Under the pieces are notes generated by a model that worked only from the letters and a program-made list of their open reading frames with translations, made no database searches and was not told the origin of the DNA. Shown here one piece after another: positions 17,458-26,579 of a DNA stretch of 64,000 nucleotides (the first letter of the stretch is position 1; each line of letters opens with the position of its first letter). This stretch comes from Clostridia bacterium (GTDB lineage: Bacteria > Bacillota > Clostridia > UBA1212 > UBA1255). The stretch spans positions 1,584 to 65,583 of the forward strand of contig JAFWQX010000066.1 of NCBI GenBank assembly GCA_017508875.1, read 5' to 3'. The position numbers were made by a program, and so were the translations under genes.

Positions 17458-18336
17458 ATGAACGAAAACAACGAACTTGACAGAGCGGAAGCGAAAAAGA
17501 CCGCACGTAAAAGCGTTGCCGGCGCCGTTATAAAGTATTTTCTGCTGACACTCTGGGCACTGATGGTACTGTTCCCGTTCTACTGGATGATATTGTCCTC
17601 GATCAAATCATACAGTGAGTACAGCCAGGAAGTTACGCCCAAACTTTACGCCGCCTCACCGACGCTTAAGAATTATATTGACTCGTTCAACGCAGTGCCG
17701 CTCGCACGGTACTTCCTGAACACGTTCATATTCACCGTTGTCACCACTGCGGTGATGCTCGTGGTATCGATCCTCGCGGCGTACGCCTTCTCCCGCCTTG
17801 AATTCAAAGGAAAAAATTTTGTGTTCACGCTGTTCCTTTCACTGATGATGATACCGAACGAACTTGTGATAATAACCAATTTCGTTACTGTCACGAACCT
17901 CGGACTCAGAAACTCTTTCCCGGGCCTTATACTGCCGTCGGTCGCGTCGGTGTTCTACATCTATCTGCTGAAAGAGAATTTTGAGCAGATCCCGGACGAG
18001 CTGTACAAAGCGGCGAAGGTAGACGGTACTTCAGACCTCAAATATCTGCTGAAAGTTGTCGTTCCGATCGCAAAACCTACGATCGTTACGGTGGCAATAC
18101 TTAAAGTTATCGAGTGCTGGAATTCGTACGTGTGGCCGAGGCTCATCACGGATAAACAGGAATACTACCTCGTTTCAAACGGTATTCAGGAAATACGCCA
18201 GAACGGCTTCGGAAGGGAAAATATTCCCGAAATGATGGCCGCGGTCGTGGTCGTTTCCGTCCCGCTGATCATCCTGTTCCTCGTGTTCCGCAAGAAGATC
18301 ATGGCCGGAGTTTCGAGAGGGGGACTGAAAGGATGA
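17458..18336 (+). CDS. Carbohydrate ABC transporter permease (MalG/UgpE-like)
   Basis: TM topology and EAA motif AAKVDGTSDLKYLLKVVVP; RBS GAGGGGG. Confidence 0.85.
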   Translation: MNENNELDRAEAKKTARKSVAGAVIKYFLLTLWALMVLFPFYWMILSSIKSYSEYSQEVTPKLYAASPTLKNYIDSFNAVPLARYFLNTFIFTVVTTAVMLVVSILAAYAFSRLEFKGKNFVFTLFLSLMMIPNELVIITNFVTVTNLGLRNSFPGLILPSVASVFYIYLLKENFEQIPDELYKAAKVDGTSDLKYLLKVVVPIAKPTIVTVAILKVIECWNSYVWPRLITDKQEYYLVSNGIQEIRQNGFGRENIPEMMAAVVVVSVPLIILFLVFRKKIMAGVSRGGLKG

Positions 18337-20000
18337 AAAACAGAAAGAACCTCTTTATAAAAATTGCCGCCGCCGCTGTATGCGCGCTGATGCTGTGTAC
18401 GCTCTTCGCATCCTGCCACAAAGGAAAGGCAATCGTCGGATTCGTTGTCCCCGGCCATTCCGTTAACGCGCAGGGAGAGGAAGTGATCGATCCCGGGTAC
18501 GAACTTTCCGGTAATTACGAGATAACGTTCTGGGCTAAAAATGATACGAACGTGGCGCAGACGAAGATATACAAAGAAGCCATAGAGGATTTCGAGGCGC
18601 TTTACCCGAACATAAAGGTGAATATGAAGCTGTATACGGACTACAATATGATATACCGCGACGTTATCACCAATATTCCTACTCACACCACGCCGAACCT
18701 CTGCATTTCGTATCCGGACAACGTCGCTGCGTACCTTGCGGGCGATAATACCGTCGTTCCGCTCGACGACCTTATCTCCGATCCATATTACGGCCTGGGC
18801 GGCAGCAAACTGAAATTTGACGGACCGTCTATGGCTGAGATCGTTCCGCAGTTCATAGAAGAAGGAAAACTCGAAGGACATTATTACTGCCTGCCTTATA
18901 TGCGCTCGACAGAAGCGCTTTACGTCAATAAAACTTTCGTGGAGAAGCTCGGCTACACTCTGCCGGATATCGTCACGTGGGATTTCGTGTTCGAAGTATC
19001 CGAAAAAGCGCTCGAAAAGAACGCGGACGGAACGTATAAGGTTTCGGGCAAGAACGTACTCATCCCGTTCATCTACAAGTCCACGGACAATATGATGATC
19101 CAGATGCTGAAGCAGCTCGGTGCGGGCTATTCGAAGGACAACGGCGAGGTGCTGATCTTTAACGACACTACCCGGAAACTGCTGCTCGACATTTCTCCGC
19201 ACGCAAAAACGAAAGCGTTCTCCACTTTCAAGATCGTGAGCTACCCGGGCAACTATTTTAACGCGGGCGAGTGTATTTTCGCGGTCGATTCGACTGCAGG
19301 CGCGACGTGGATCGGCAGCAATTCTCCGCTTAAAGAAATATCGGACGATAAACTCGTCGATTTCGAGACCGTGACGCTTCCCGTACCTCAGTTCGACACG
19401 AACGCTCCGAAGATGATATCACAGGGCCCGTCGATGTGCATATTCAACAAAGACGATCCCGAAGAAGTGCTCGCCACGTGGCTTTTCGCCCAGTTCCTGC
19501 TCACAGATAAGGTCCAGATAGCGTATGCGCGCACTGAGGGGTACGTTCCTGTGACGCTCAAGGCACAGGAGACCGAAGAGTATAAAGATTACCTTTCCAG
19601 AGCGGGAGAGGACAACGACGATTTTTACCACGTTAAGATCGATGCCGCGAAACTGCTGCTTTCCAATCAGGAGAATACTTTCGTAACGCCTGTATTCAAC
19701 CACAGCGCGGATCTCAGGAACGCCGCCGGTCAATTGATCGAGGAGGTAGTTAAGTCGAACAACCGCCGCGAGAAGGTCGATGACGCTTATATTGACGCTC
19801 TTTACGCGAAAGTGACGAAACTTTACGGTCTCGACGAGATCGAAGTGAAGAACGGCGGGGAAGAGGAAAATAAAAAGCAGGAGCTCGGAAGAATGCCCGG
19901 CGGGTCAATCGCGCTGCTTACGGTGCTCGGGGTCACGTGGGTCGGACTTGCAGCGTATTTTATAAGCGAAAAATTGAAAGAAAAGAAAAAAAGTGGTTGA
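18333..20000 (+). CDS. ABC transporter extracellular solute-binding lipoprotein (family 1) with additional C-terminal TM helix
   Basis: Signal peptide + lipobox LFASC; SBP-like body; C-terminal LLTVLGVTWVGLAAYFISEKLKEKKKSG. Confidence 0.75.
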   Translation: MKNRKNLFIKIAAAAVCALMLCTLFASCHKGKAIVGFVVPGHSVNAQGEEVIDPGYELSGNYEITFWAKNDTNVAQTKIYKEAIEDFEALYPNIKVNMKLYTDYNMIYRDVITNIPTHTTPNLCISYPDNVAAYLAGDNTVVPLDDLISDPYYGLGGSKLKFDGPSMAEIVPQFIEEGKLEGHYYCLPYMRSTEALYVNKTFVEKLGYTLPDIVTWDFVFEVSEKALEKNADGTYKVSGKNVLIPFIYKSTDNMMIQMLKQLGAGYSKDNGEVLIFNDTTRKLLLDISPHAKTKAFSTFKIVSYPGNYFNAGECIFAVDSTAGATWIGSNSPLKEISDDKLVDFETVTLPVPQFDTNAPKMISQGPSMCIFNKDDPEEVLATWLFAQFLLTDKVQIAYARTEGYVPVTLKAQETEEYKDYLSRAGEDNDDFYHVKIDAAKLLLSNQENTFVTPVFNHSADLRNAAGQLIEEVVKSNNRREKVDDAYIDALYAKVTKLYGLDEIEVKNGGEEENKKQELGRMPGGSIALLTVLGVTWVGLAAYFISEKLKEKKKSG

Positions 20001-20025
20001 CAACGTAAATTCATTTGAGTATAAT
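19997..20025 (+). promoter_or_regulatory. Promoter for tRNA-Leu: TTGACA -17- TATAAT (overlaps stop of upstream gene)
   Basis: TTGACA 19997-20002, TATAAT 20020-20025. Confidence 0.5.
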
Positions 20026-20071
20026 CACCATCGCTGACTGCGTTAGGTTTGGCCGGCGCTCTCAGTGATTC

Positions 20072-20151
20072 GCGAGTATGGTGGAATTGGCAGACACGTG
20101 CGTTTAAGGGGCGCATGGGAGACCGTATCGGTTCAAGTCCGATTACTCGCA
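20072..20151 (+). tRNA. tRNA-Leu (class II, long variable arm); anticodon reads AAG by canonical positional parse, TAA if loop is shifted by one
   Basis: Acceptor GCGAGTA/TACTCGC, D arm GTGGAATTGGCAGACAC (Leu-like), anticodon stem TGCGT/GCGCA with loop TTAAGGG, T arm ATCGG-TTCAAGT-CCGAT, discriminator A. Confidence 0.7.
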
Positions 20152-20158
20152 CTTGATC

Positions 20159-20200
20159 CAGCCCGGATGCTTATTAAGCGATTCGGGCTGTTTTCTTTTT
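20159..20200 (+). terminator. Rho-independent terminator after tRNA-Leu
   Basis: cagcccggatgcttattaagcgattcgggctg followed by TTTTCTTTTT. Confidence 0.6.
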
Positions 20201-20216
20201 GCCGGAGGTTTTGAAA

Positions 20217-20795
20217 ATGAACGAACACGAACTGAAATATATGCTTGACGGGGCCGGATACGACGCCTGCATGAAAGCGCTTTGCGACAAATGCAAAGAA
20301 TGCGGCACCGAACGCCTTATAATTAATTATTATTACGATACTGCCGCGCGTGCGCTTCATAAAGAGGGGATAACGCTCAGAATAAGGCAGATCGGTGACC
20401 GCCTCCAGGGCCAGATAAAACGCCACGATAAGGGGGCGAGCGCCGACAGTAATGAGTCATATTTTGAAGTAAGCGAACTTCCTTCAGCGATCAGATTTGA
20501 GGGGCGCAAAGCAAAACTGCTCGGCGCGCTGGTGAATAAACGTACTGTCTTCAAGGCTGACGGTATGGAATTCGATCTCGATGCTGTGAGCTATCTCGGA
20601 AAGTCTGATTATGAGCTGGAAATAGAATTTGCAGAAGGAAAAGAAGCTGAAGCACACGCCGCGGCGATCTCTCTCGGCGTCGCTTTTCTGCCGAAGCGCG
20701 GCGGCAAATTTTCACGGTTCCTTAAAGCACTTGCAAAAATAGAAGACAGCGTGATTGCCCCGGGCGCGGTTAGCGGAGAAGGGGACGAATTATAA
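20217..20795 (+). CDS. CYTH-domain protein (CyaB/thiamine-triphosphatase-like)
   Basis: N-terminal EHELKYML (ExExK signature of CYTH), ~190 aa; RBS GGAGG upstream of ATG 20217. Confidence 0.65.
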   Translation: MNEHELKYMLDGAGYDACMKALCDKCKECGTERLIINYYYDTAARALHKEGITLRIRQIGDRLQGQIKRHDKGASADSNESYFEVSELPSAIRFEGRKAKLLGALVNKRTVFKADGMEFDLDAVSYLGKSDYELEIEFAEGKEAEAHAAAISLGVAFLPKRGGKFSRFLKALAKIEDSVIAPGAVSGEGDEL

Positions 20796-20807
20796 TTTAC
20801 GGCAATA

Positions 20808-21677
20808 TCATTCCGTTAACCTTACGGATACTTCGCCCGTTGACAACGTAATTGTGTCTCCGCTGCTGTTTTTTACTATGAGCCCGAAGTCGTGCGTCAG
20901 GCCTGCGGCTTCGGCTGTGTACAGCGCCTGTCCGGCCGCATTTTTAACTGTAAGCTTTCTTCCGAACATCCATGAGATCCTTTTTAAATAGCTCTCGTAA
21001 AGCGCTTCCGGGGCGCTTTTTTCATTTTCGGAAAGGGCGCTGAGCTGAGTTTTCAGTTTTTTGATGATCCTCCCGGCGAGAAACTCCCGCGGGTAAGATG
21101 AAATGCGACTGACACAACCGGAACCGGCTTTGTCCCCGCTGATCGCCTGCTGCTTTTCGCTCACAGTTCCTGCGATGCCTTCAAGTTCGGACGGAAAACC
21201 ACCAAGCGGCCGGGAAATATTGACGCCGATACCGATGACCGCGAACGACAGCCCGCTTCCTGTTATCCTGCCTTCCGTCAGTATTCCTCCGGCCTTTTTG
21301 CCGTCAATAATAATATCGTTGACCCATTTAATGCGCGCCTTCGTGCCGAACAGTTCGTCGATGCTCCGGGCAACGCACGCTCCGGCCGCAACGGTCAATT
21401 TTGCGCATATTTCGTCTGTTTTTACGCTTTTCGGGAGCACGTCGTCCCGAATTATCAGACTAAGGTAAAGGCCGCTGCTTTCGGGCGAATAAAAAGTTCT
21501 CCCGAGTCTGCCGCGCCCTGCCGTCTGCGATTCCGCGATCACCGCCGTATACGAGGCAGCTCCGTCCGCGGCAAGTTTCGCTGCGAGCAGGTTGGTCGAA
21601 TCTACGCATTCTTCCGTGATAAGCATCCCGTCGCTAATTACTGCTTCGGTCAATATTATTTTACGCTGGAGTCCCAT
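20808..21677 (-). CDS. birA: Biotin--[acetyl-CoA-carboxylase] ligase (group I BirA, no HTH)
   Basis: GRGRLGRTFYSPESSGLYLSLI matches BirA GRGRxGRxWxSPxGxGLYxS motif; start set at internal ATG (MGLQRK) preceded by AGGTAAA RBS. Confidence 0.85.
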   Translation of the reverse strand: MGLQRKIILTEAVISDGMLITEECVDSTNLLAAKLAADGAASYTAVIAESQTAGRGRLGRTFYSPESSGLYLSLIIRDDVLPKSVKTDEICAKLTVAAGACVARSIDELFGTKARIKWVNDIIIDGKKAGGILTEGRITGSGLSFAVIGIGVNISRPLGGFPSELEGIAGTVSEKQQAISGDKAGSGCVSRISSYPREFLAGRIIKKLKTQLSALSENEKSAPEALYESYLKRISWMFGRKLTVKNAAGQALYTAEAAGLTHDFGLIVKNSSGDTITLSTGEVSVRLTE

Positions 21678-21898
21678 TTTACCTGCCGCCTGCCTTTGCC
21701 TTATGCCTCTTAGACGTATTGCCTTGTGCCGCAAAAGCACTACGCCTTCGCGGTGCTGCAACGTTGTCCGCTCGCTTCGCTGCATCCCGCCGATTGTAAC
21801 ATCGAAACGGAAAAGCGTCAATACTCGTCAATACGATCTTGCGCGCGGCTGAAAAACGCGAGACGCAACTAAAGACGCAACTTAAGAATTCTATATTT

Positions 21899-21917
21899 TT
21901 GAAAAATGTGCTATAAT
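21899..21917 (+). promoter_or_regulatory. Extended -10 promoter (TGcTATAAT) upstream of sufC
   Basis: TG at 21909-10, TATAAT 21912-21917; no well-spaced -35. Confidence 0.35.
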
Positions 21918-21969
21918 CTATTAACGCTCTTGCGGGCGCATTATATTGAGAATGGACAGGACGGAGAAA

Positions 21970-22692
21970 ATGCTCAAACTTGTTGACATCGAATTTTCTG
22001 CGAATACCGAAACGGGCAGAAAAGACATTTTAAAAGGAATAAATCTTGAGATCGGCGACGGGTTTACCGTTGTCACCGGACCGAACGGGGGCGGGAAGTC
22101 CTCTTTGGCGAAAGTGATCTCCGGCCTTTATAAGCCTACGGCAGGGCGCATTTATTTAAACGGCCGCGACGTTACTGATATGAGTATTACGGAGCGTGCG
22201 AAGGCCGGGATCAGTTACGCGTTCCAGCAGCCGGTGCGGTTCAAGGGGCTTACTGTTAAGGATCTTATTACGATCTCGGCGGGGAAAGACATATCTGTAT
22301 CGGAGGCGTGCGAATATCTTTCATCGGTAGGACTGTGCGCCAGAGATTATATTGACCGCGAAGTAAACGCGAGCCTTTCGGGCGGCGAGCTCAAGCGAAT
22401 AGAAATTGCCACCGTCCTTGCGCGCGGGACGGATTTTGCCGTATTTGACGAGCCCGAGGCCGGAATCGATCTGTGGAGCTTTCACAGCCTTATAAAGGTC
22501 TTCGAGCGTATGCGCGAAAAAACCAGCGGGGCTATAATGATAATATCGCACCAGGAGAGGATACTTGATATTGCCGACCGCATCGTCGTAATAAGCGAAG
22601 GCAGAGTGGAGCGCGAGGGGACAAAAGCGGAAATATTGCCCGGACTTATGTACGACCGCGCCTGCCCGAGGCTCGACGGCGTCAATGAATAA
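21970..22692 (+). CDS. sufC: Fe-S cluster assembly ATPase SufC
   Basis: Walker A GPNGGGKSS, signature LSGGELKRIEIATVL, Walker B FAVFDEPEAGIDL; RBS GGAGAA. Confidence 0.85.
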   Translation: MLKLVDIEFSANTETGRKDILKGINLEIGDGFTVVTGPNGGGKSSLAKVISGLYKPTAGRIYLNGRDVTDMSITERAKAGISYAFQQPVRFKGLTVKDLITISAGKDISVSEACEYLSSVGLCARDYIDREVNASLSGGELKRIEIATVLARGTDFAVFDEPEAGIDLWSFHSLIKVFERMREKTSGAIMIISHQERILDIADRIVVISEGRVEREGTKAEILPGLMYDRACPRLDGVNE

Positions 22693-22701
22693 GTTTTTGC
22701 T

Positions 22702-23679
22702 GTGTTTCGGAGGTTTGATATGGATCAGCTTAATTTTGATATAGATTTTGAAATGAAAGACGTCGCCGCGGTGGGACGCGGACTGCTCGATTCGATCGCC
22801 GGGATCACGGAAGTGCCCGACGGCGCGTTCAACATCAGGGCGGACGGCAGGTCGATAGGCCGCGCACAGACGAAAGCGGTGGAGATCGTTACAAAGAAGG
22901 ATAAGCCGGGGATTGATATATTCATTAAGCCCGGAACGACGGGAGAAAAAGTGTACATTCCCGTAATATTGACCGAACCCGGCCTCCAGGACCTCGTCTA
23001 TAATGATTTTTATGTCGGAGAAGCATCGACAGTCGAGATCATTGCCGGCTGCGGCATACACAACGACGGGTGCGGCGAGTCTCGCCACGACGGCATCCAC
23101 ACGTTCCACGTCGAAAAGAACGCGCACGTTAAATATGTCGAACGCCACTACGGTGAAGGCGGGGGAGAGGGCACGAACGTGATGAATCCGACGACTGTGG
23201 TCAATCTCGGAAAGAATGCTTATATGGAGATGGAAACGACGCAGATCAAAGGCGTGGATTCGACTGAACGTGTGACGCGCGGCGTGCTTGAAGACGGGGC
23301 GCAGCTCGTGGTCAATGAGAAGATTATGACGCATGGTGTACAGCATGCGACAACAGATTTTGTGGTCGAACTGAACGGCGACGGCTCTTCGGCAAACGTG
23401 GTTTCCCGCTCTGTTGCAAAGGACAATTCCCGCCAGCAGTTTACTGCCGATCTTCGCGGCAATGCCCGCTGCCACGGTCACAGCGAGTGTGACGCTATTA
23501 TTATGGACAACGCGGTCGTTTCTTCTCTGCCTCAGATCACGGCGAATTCAGTGGATGCCGAGCTGATACACGAGGCGGCAATAGGCAAGATCGCCGGCGA
23601 GCAGCTTGAGAAGCTTATGTCGCTCGGGCTTTCCGAGTCCGAAGCTGAGGCAAAGATCATCGATGGTTTCCTGAAGTAA
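22702..23679 (+). CDS. SufB/SufD-family Fe-S assembly protein (short form)
   Basis: 325 aa beta-helix-like region with conserved SufBD C-terminal pattern; immediately follows sufC. Confidence 0.7.
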   Translation: MFRRFDMDQLNFDIDFEMKDVAAVGRGLLDSIAGITEVPDGAFNIRADGRSIGRAQTKAVEIVTKKDKPGIDIFIKPGTTGEKVYIPVILTEPGLQDLVYNDFYVGEASTVEIIAGCGIHNDGCGESRHDGIHTFHVEKNAHVKYVERHYGEGGGEGTNVMNPTTVVNLGKNAYMEMETTQIKGVDSTERVTRGVLEDGAQLVVNEKIMTHGVQHATTDFVVELNGDGSSANVVSRSVAKDNSRQQFTADLRGNARCHGHSECDAIIMDNAVVSSLPQITANSVDAELIHEAAIGKIAGEQLEKLMSLGLSESEAEAKIIDGFLK

Positions 23680-23707
23680 AACCCGGGCGGTCTCCTGGTT
23701 TCCTGGA

Positions 23708-23815
23708 GGGTTTTCTTAAGGGCTTTCTTAAGGGCTTTTTTAAGGGGCTTCTCAAGGGCTTTCTCAAGTGGCTTCTCAAGGGCTTTCTCAAGTGGCTTCT
23801 CAAGGGCTTTCTCAA
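23708..23815. repeat. Nine tandem 12-bp repeats (GGGCTTTCTCAA / GTGGCTTCTCAA variants)
   Basis: Read directly; unit resembles the last 12 coding nt of sufB/D (GGTTTCCTGAAG). Confidence 0.8.
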
Positions 23816-23970
23816 GGAAAACTTAACAGTCTTTCAGCGACAGACTCTCCCGCTCTCGCTCCCCAGTCTCTCTTCGGGCTCTCCGCGGGCTCTGCGGGAA
23901 AAATTACTGTTGCATTTTATTTTTTGTTGTAGTATAATATGCTTCGCTGCTTGAAAAGGCGGCTATCTAT

Positions 23971-24046
<76 letters not shown>

Positions 24047-24049
24047 AAA

Positions 24050-24085
24050 AAGCAAGGCATCCGTCAGGGTGCCTTGTTTTTTTGG
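24050..24085 (+). terminator. Rho-independent terminator after tRNA-fMet
   Basis: gcaaggcatccgtcagggtgccttg + TTTTTTTGG. Confidence 0.7.
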
Positions 24086-24113
24086 TGGGGAAGAAAAGTC
24101 TGGCAGGGAAGGT

Positions 24114-24236
24114 CCGGGTTATGAGCACGACGAGCGGGCACCGCAAAGGGCGCGAAGCGATAACCCGGAGGTCGTTGGTTCAAATCCTTCCCCCGCAGCC
24201 ATACCACTTTAGCACTTTAATGTGGTAAATTTTCAC
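24114..24236. repeat. Degenerate tRNA-fMet remnant: inverted copy of anticodon arm (24114-24135) followed by direct copy of tRNA 3' half (24160-24197) and conserved tail; att-like scar
   Basis: ataacccggaggtcgttggttcaaatccttcccccgca duplicated exactly from 24003-24044; tail cataccactttagcactttaatgtggtaaattttcac recurs at 26425, 27875(partial), 30851. Confidence 0.65.
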
Positions 24237-24337
24237 TTTAGTGCTTGTGTTTTTTCTTTTTTAATCAAAAAGGTATTGACATCCTATATTTCATTTAATA
24301 TAATGGTTTCACCGATTCGGTGAAAGGATGGATTTCA

Positions 24338-25402
24338 ATGAAACAAGGCTTGACTGATTTGCAGTACGAACAACTTGCCAAAGAAGCTTTTACAAAGCTA
24401 ATGAGCAGTATCCCTTTCGTATCAGATATTGAAATAATAAAAACTGGGTTGCAACGCGGGTTTGGTGACTTTCGCGCTGTCGTTCACTTTACGGATTCAA
24501 AAGCAGTTCAGGATTTTTACGTAGAGGTTAAATCCAACGGTGAGAAGCGGTACGCTAATATCTTTTGCATGGAAGCAAAACAGCACATCGATGATTTATG
24601 CTACTTGTTTATGGCACCTTATGTATCGGAATCAACATCTGAATATCTGCGTGAAAACAATCTGAGTTTTTTGGATTTAAGTGGTAATTGTTTTATTTTG
24701 ACAAGACGAATGATAATTCATGTTAGCGGAAAACCGAATCAGTTCATTGAGAAACGAGAAAAGAAGAACTATTTATCAAAGTCGTCTTCGGCAGCTTCTG
24801 CGGTTATCAGAACGATGCTGAATGATCCGGATAAATGGTGGAAAGTCAAAGAATTGTCTGAGGTTTCGAAGAAAGCTATCGGAACTGTTTCGAACGTAAA
24901 AGTTTTTCTGACAGAAAAAGATTGGATTGACGACCATATTTATCAATTCCGTTTAAAAAATTTCAAGGAGCTACTTTATGTATGGAGCAAAGACTATCAT
25001 AAAAAAAAATCAATAACAAAGGAATATTATTCTTTGTTTTCTTTGCCAGAACTTGAGACAGAAATATCAAAATGGAGCAAAACGCATGACCGCAATGCCG
25101 TACTTGGCGGTTTTTCCGCCGCGGCAAGATATGTGCCAACTGTTCGGTATAACAAGATCAACGTTTATGTTGCAGAAGAAGGATTGTACGAATTTGAAAA
25201 AGATCTTGCTTTGACGCCGGTTAGTTCGGGAGGAAATATTGTTGTGACGATCCCTCATGACGATACTCCATGTATGTTCAATCAGGAAATCAATGATTCT
25301 ATAGTTTCATCACCGGCACAAACCGTTATTGATTTACTTGGAATGCCAAACCGCGGAGAAGAGGCCGCCGAAGCGATCATATCTAAATACTATAGGAGGT
25401 AG
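24338..25402 (+). CDS. Hypothetical protein, possible AbiEi-like partner of downstream nucleotidyltransferase
   Basis: Low-GC gene directly upstream (5-bp gap) of AbiEii-like gene; no recognizable motif; assignment by gene context only. Confidence 0.35.
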   Translation: MKQGLTDLQYEQLAKEAFTKLMSSIPFVSDIEIIKTGLQRGFGDFRAVVHFTDSKAVQDFYVEVKSNGEKRYANIFCMEAKQHIDDLCYLFMAPYVSESTSEYLRENNLSFLDLSGNCFILTRRMIIHVSGKPNQFIEKREKKNYLSKSSSAASAVIRTMLNDPDKWWKVKELSEVSKKAIGTVSNVKVFLTEKDWIDDHIYQFRLKNFKELLYVWSKDYHKKKSITKEYYSLFSLPELETEISKWSKTHDRNAVLGGFSAAARYVPTVRYNKINVYVAEEGLYEFEKDLALTPVSSGGNIVVTIPHDDTPCMFNQEINDSIVSSPAQTVIDLLGMPNRGEEAAEAIISKYYRR

Positions 25403-25407
25403 TCAAA

Positions 25408-26247
25408 ATGGATAAGAATGATAATTTGAAAAAATCGACAGATTATTCTCAAGGTCAAAAAGATGCCGCCTATTCCGTACTTGGCGAAATTGTTAACTTA
25501 CTTGCCGATTATTCTGACAATTTACGTATTATCGGAGGATGGGTTCCAACTCTTTTGTATCCGGACAAAGAGCATATCGGATCAATAGACGTTGACGTTT
25601 TGCTGAATCAGCAAAAGATCCAAAAAGCCCAAGGGTATGAGAATATCAGACGAATTCTGACCAGAAACGGTTATACAAAACATCCTGATAAGTACTTTTC
25701 TTTCGTTAAAACCGTGAGTATTCAAGGGGTTGACTATTCTGTCGATGTTGACTTCCTTTCAGGGAAATACGGAGGAGACGGAGGAAATATCAGTAAACAC
25801 GTAGACGGAATCAAAACTCTTCCTGCTACCGCGGGGAACTTTGCGTTTGAGTTTCAGCCGCAAAAAGTCAAAATCGAGTATCAACGTCCGGACGGTGCAA
25901 AAGATTTTGGAAACGTCAGCGTGATTTCCGTCATTCCGTATATAGTTATGAAAACCGACGCACTTGGCAGAGGAAAGCCAAAAGATGCATACGATATTTA
26001 CTGTACAATCACATCATACCCCGGTGGTATCATAGCCCTGGCTAAAGAATTTCTGCCATACTCAAAAAAGAAGCTCATCCAAGAAATGTGCGAAAAACTC
26101 AAAGAAAAATTTGCATCGCCGGATCATGCCGGCCCAACCGATATAGTAGCTTTTTTGGACATTTCAGATGAAGATGAGATCCTGAGAATAAAGCAGGATG
26201 CGTATCAGCGCGTCAAATATCTGATAGATATTTTAGACAAAGAGTAA
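25408..26247 (+). CDS. Nucleotidyltransferase of AbiEii/AbiGii (DUF1814) toxin family
   Basis: RIIGGWVPTLLYPDKEHIGSIDVDVLL = GS-x(n)-D-x-D minimal NTase motif in AbiEii-like context; ~280 aa; strong RBS AGGAGG. Confidence 0.55.
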   Translation: MDKNDNLKKSTDYSQGQKDAAYSVLGEIVNLLADYSDNLRIIGGWVPTLLYPDKEHIGSIDVDVLLNQQKIQKAQGYENIRRILTRNGYTKHPDKYFSFVKTVSIQGVDYSVDVDFLSGKYGGDGGNISKHVDGIKTLPATAGNFAFEFQPQKVKIEYQRPDGAKDFGNVSVISVIPYIVMKTDALGRGKPKDAYDIYCTITSYPGGIIALAKEFLPYSKKKLIQEMCEKLKEKFASPDHAGPTDIVAFLDISDEDEILRIKQDAYQRVKYLIDILDKE

Positions 26248-26339
26248 TCAAAACAGAAAAGTGAACTCCTCCCTTGCGATACCATTGTACCGCGAAGGAG
26301 GAGTTCTGTAAAATGTGCGATTTCAGGCTTGGTCGGTCA

Positions 26340-26470
26340 GCAGATAAGCGGATGAAAATGCGCGCAGGGGCCGTAAATACTTGATTTTATTGTGGTATGG
26401 TCAAATCCGTTATCTCCACTCGGACCATACCGCTTTAGTGCTTTAAAGTGATGAATTTTCAGTTGGGATA
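26340..26470. repeat. Island cassette-boundary repeat, copy 1 (mini-ORF MRAGAVNT 26358-26384 + hairpin 26394-26431 + conserved tail)
   Basis: Aligns with copies at 27790-27900 and 30768-30895 and with tRNA-fMet 3' end/flank. Confidence 0.65.
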
Positions 26471-26579
26471 GAAGACAATGCAGACCTGAATCTTTACTTT
26501 TTTGTAAATTGGAGCGAATCATCTTTACTTTTCCGCTTTCTTGTGTTATAATAAGTAAAGATGAAAGTGAGGTCACACT

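Noticed and set aside
21678-21945. BirA operator (bioO) palindrome upstream of birA
   Set aside because: This BirA lacks an N-terminal HTH (group I), so no operator is expected, and no TGTTAACC-N14-GGTTAACA-like palindrome is present.
26358-26384. Treating the MRAGAVNT mini-ORF as certainly a translated leader peptide
   Set aside because: It is not rejected outright, but an alternative explanation is that each repeat is a highly degenerate tRNA-derived att copy and the in-frame conservation among only three copies is coincidental. It is therefore reported as a finding to test, not as a CDS feature.
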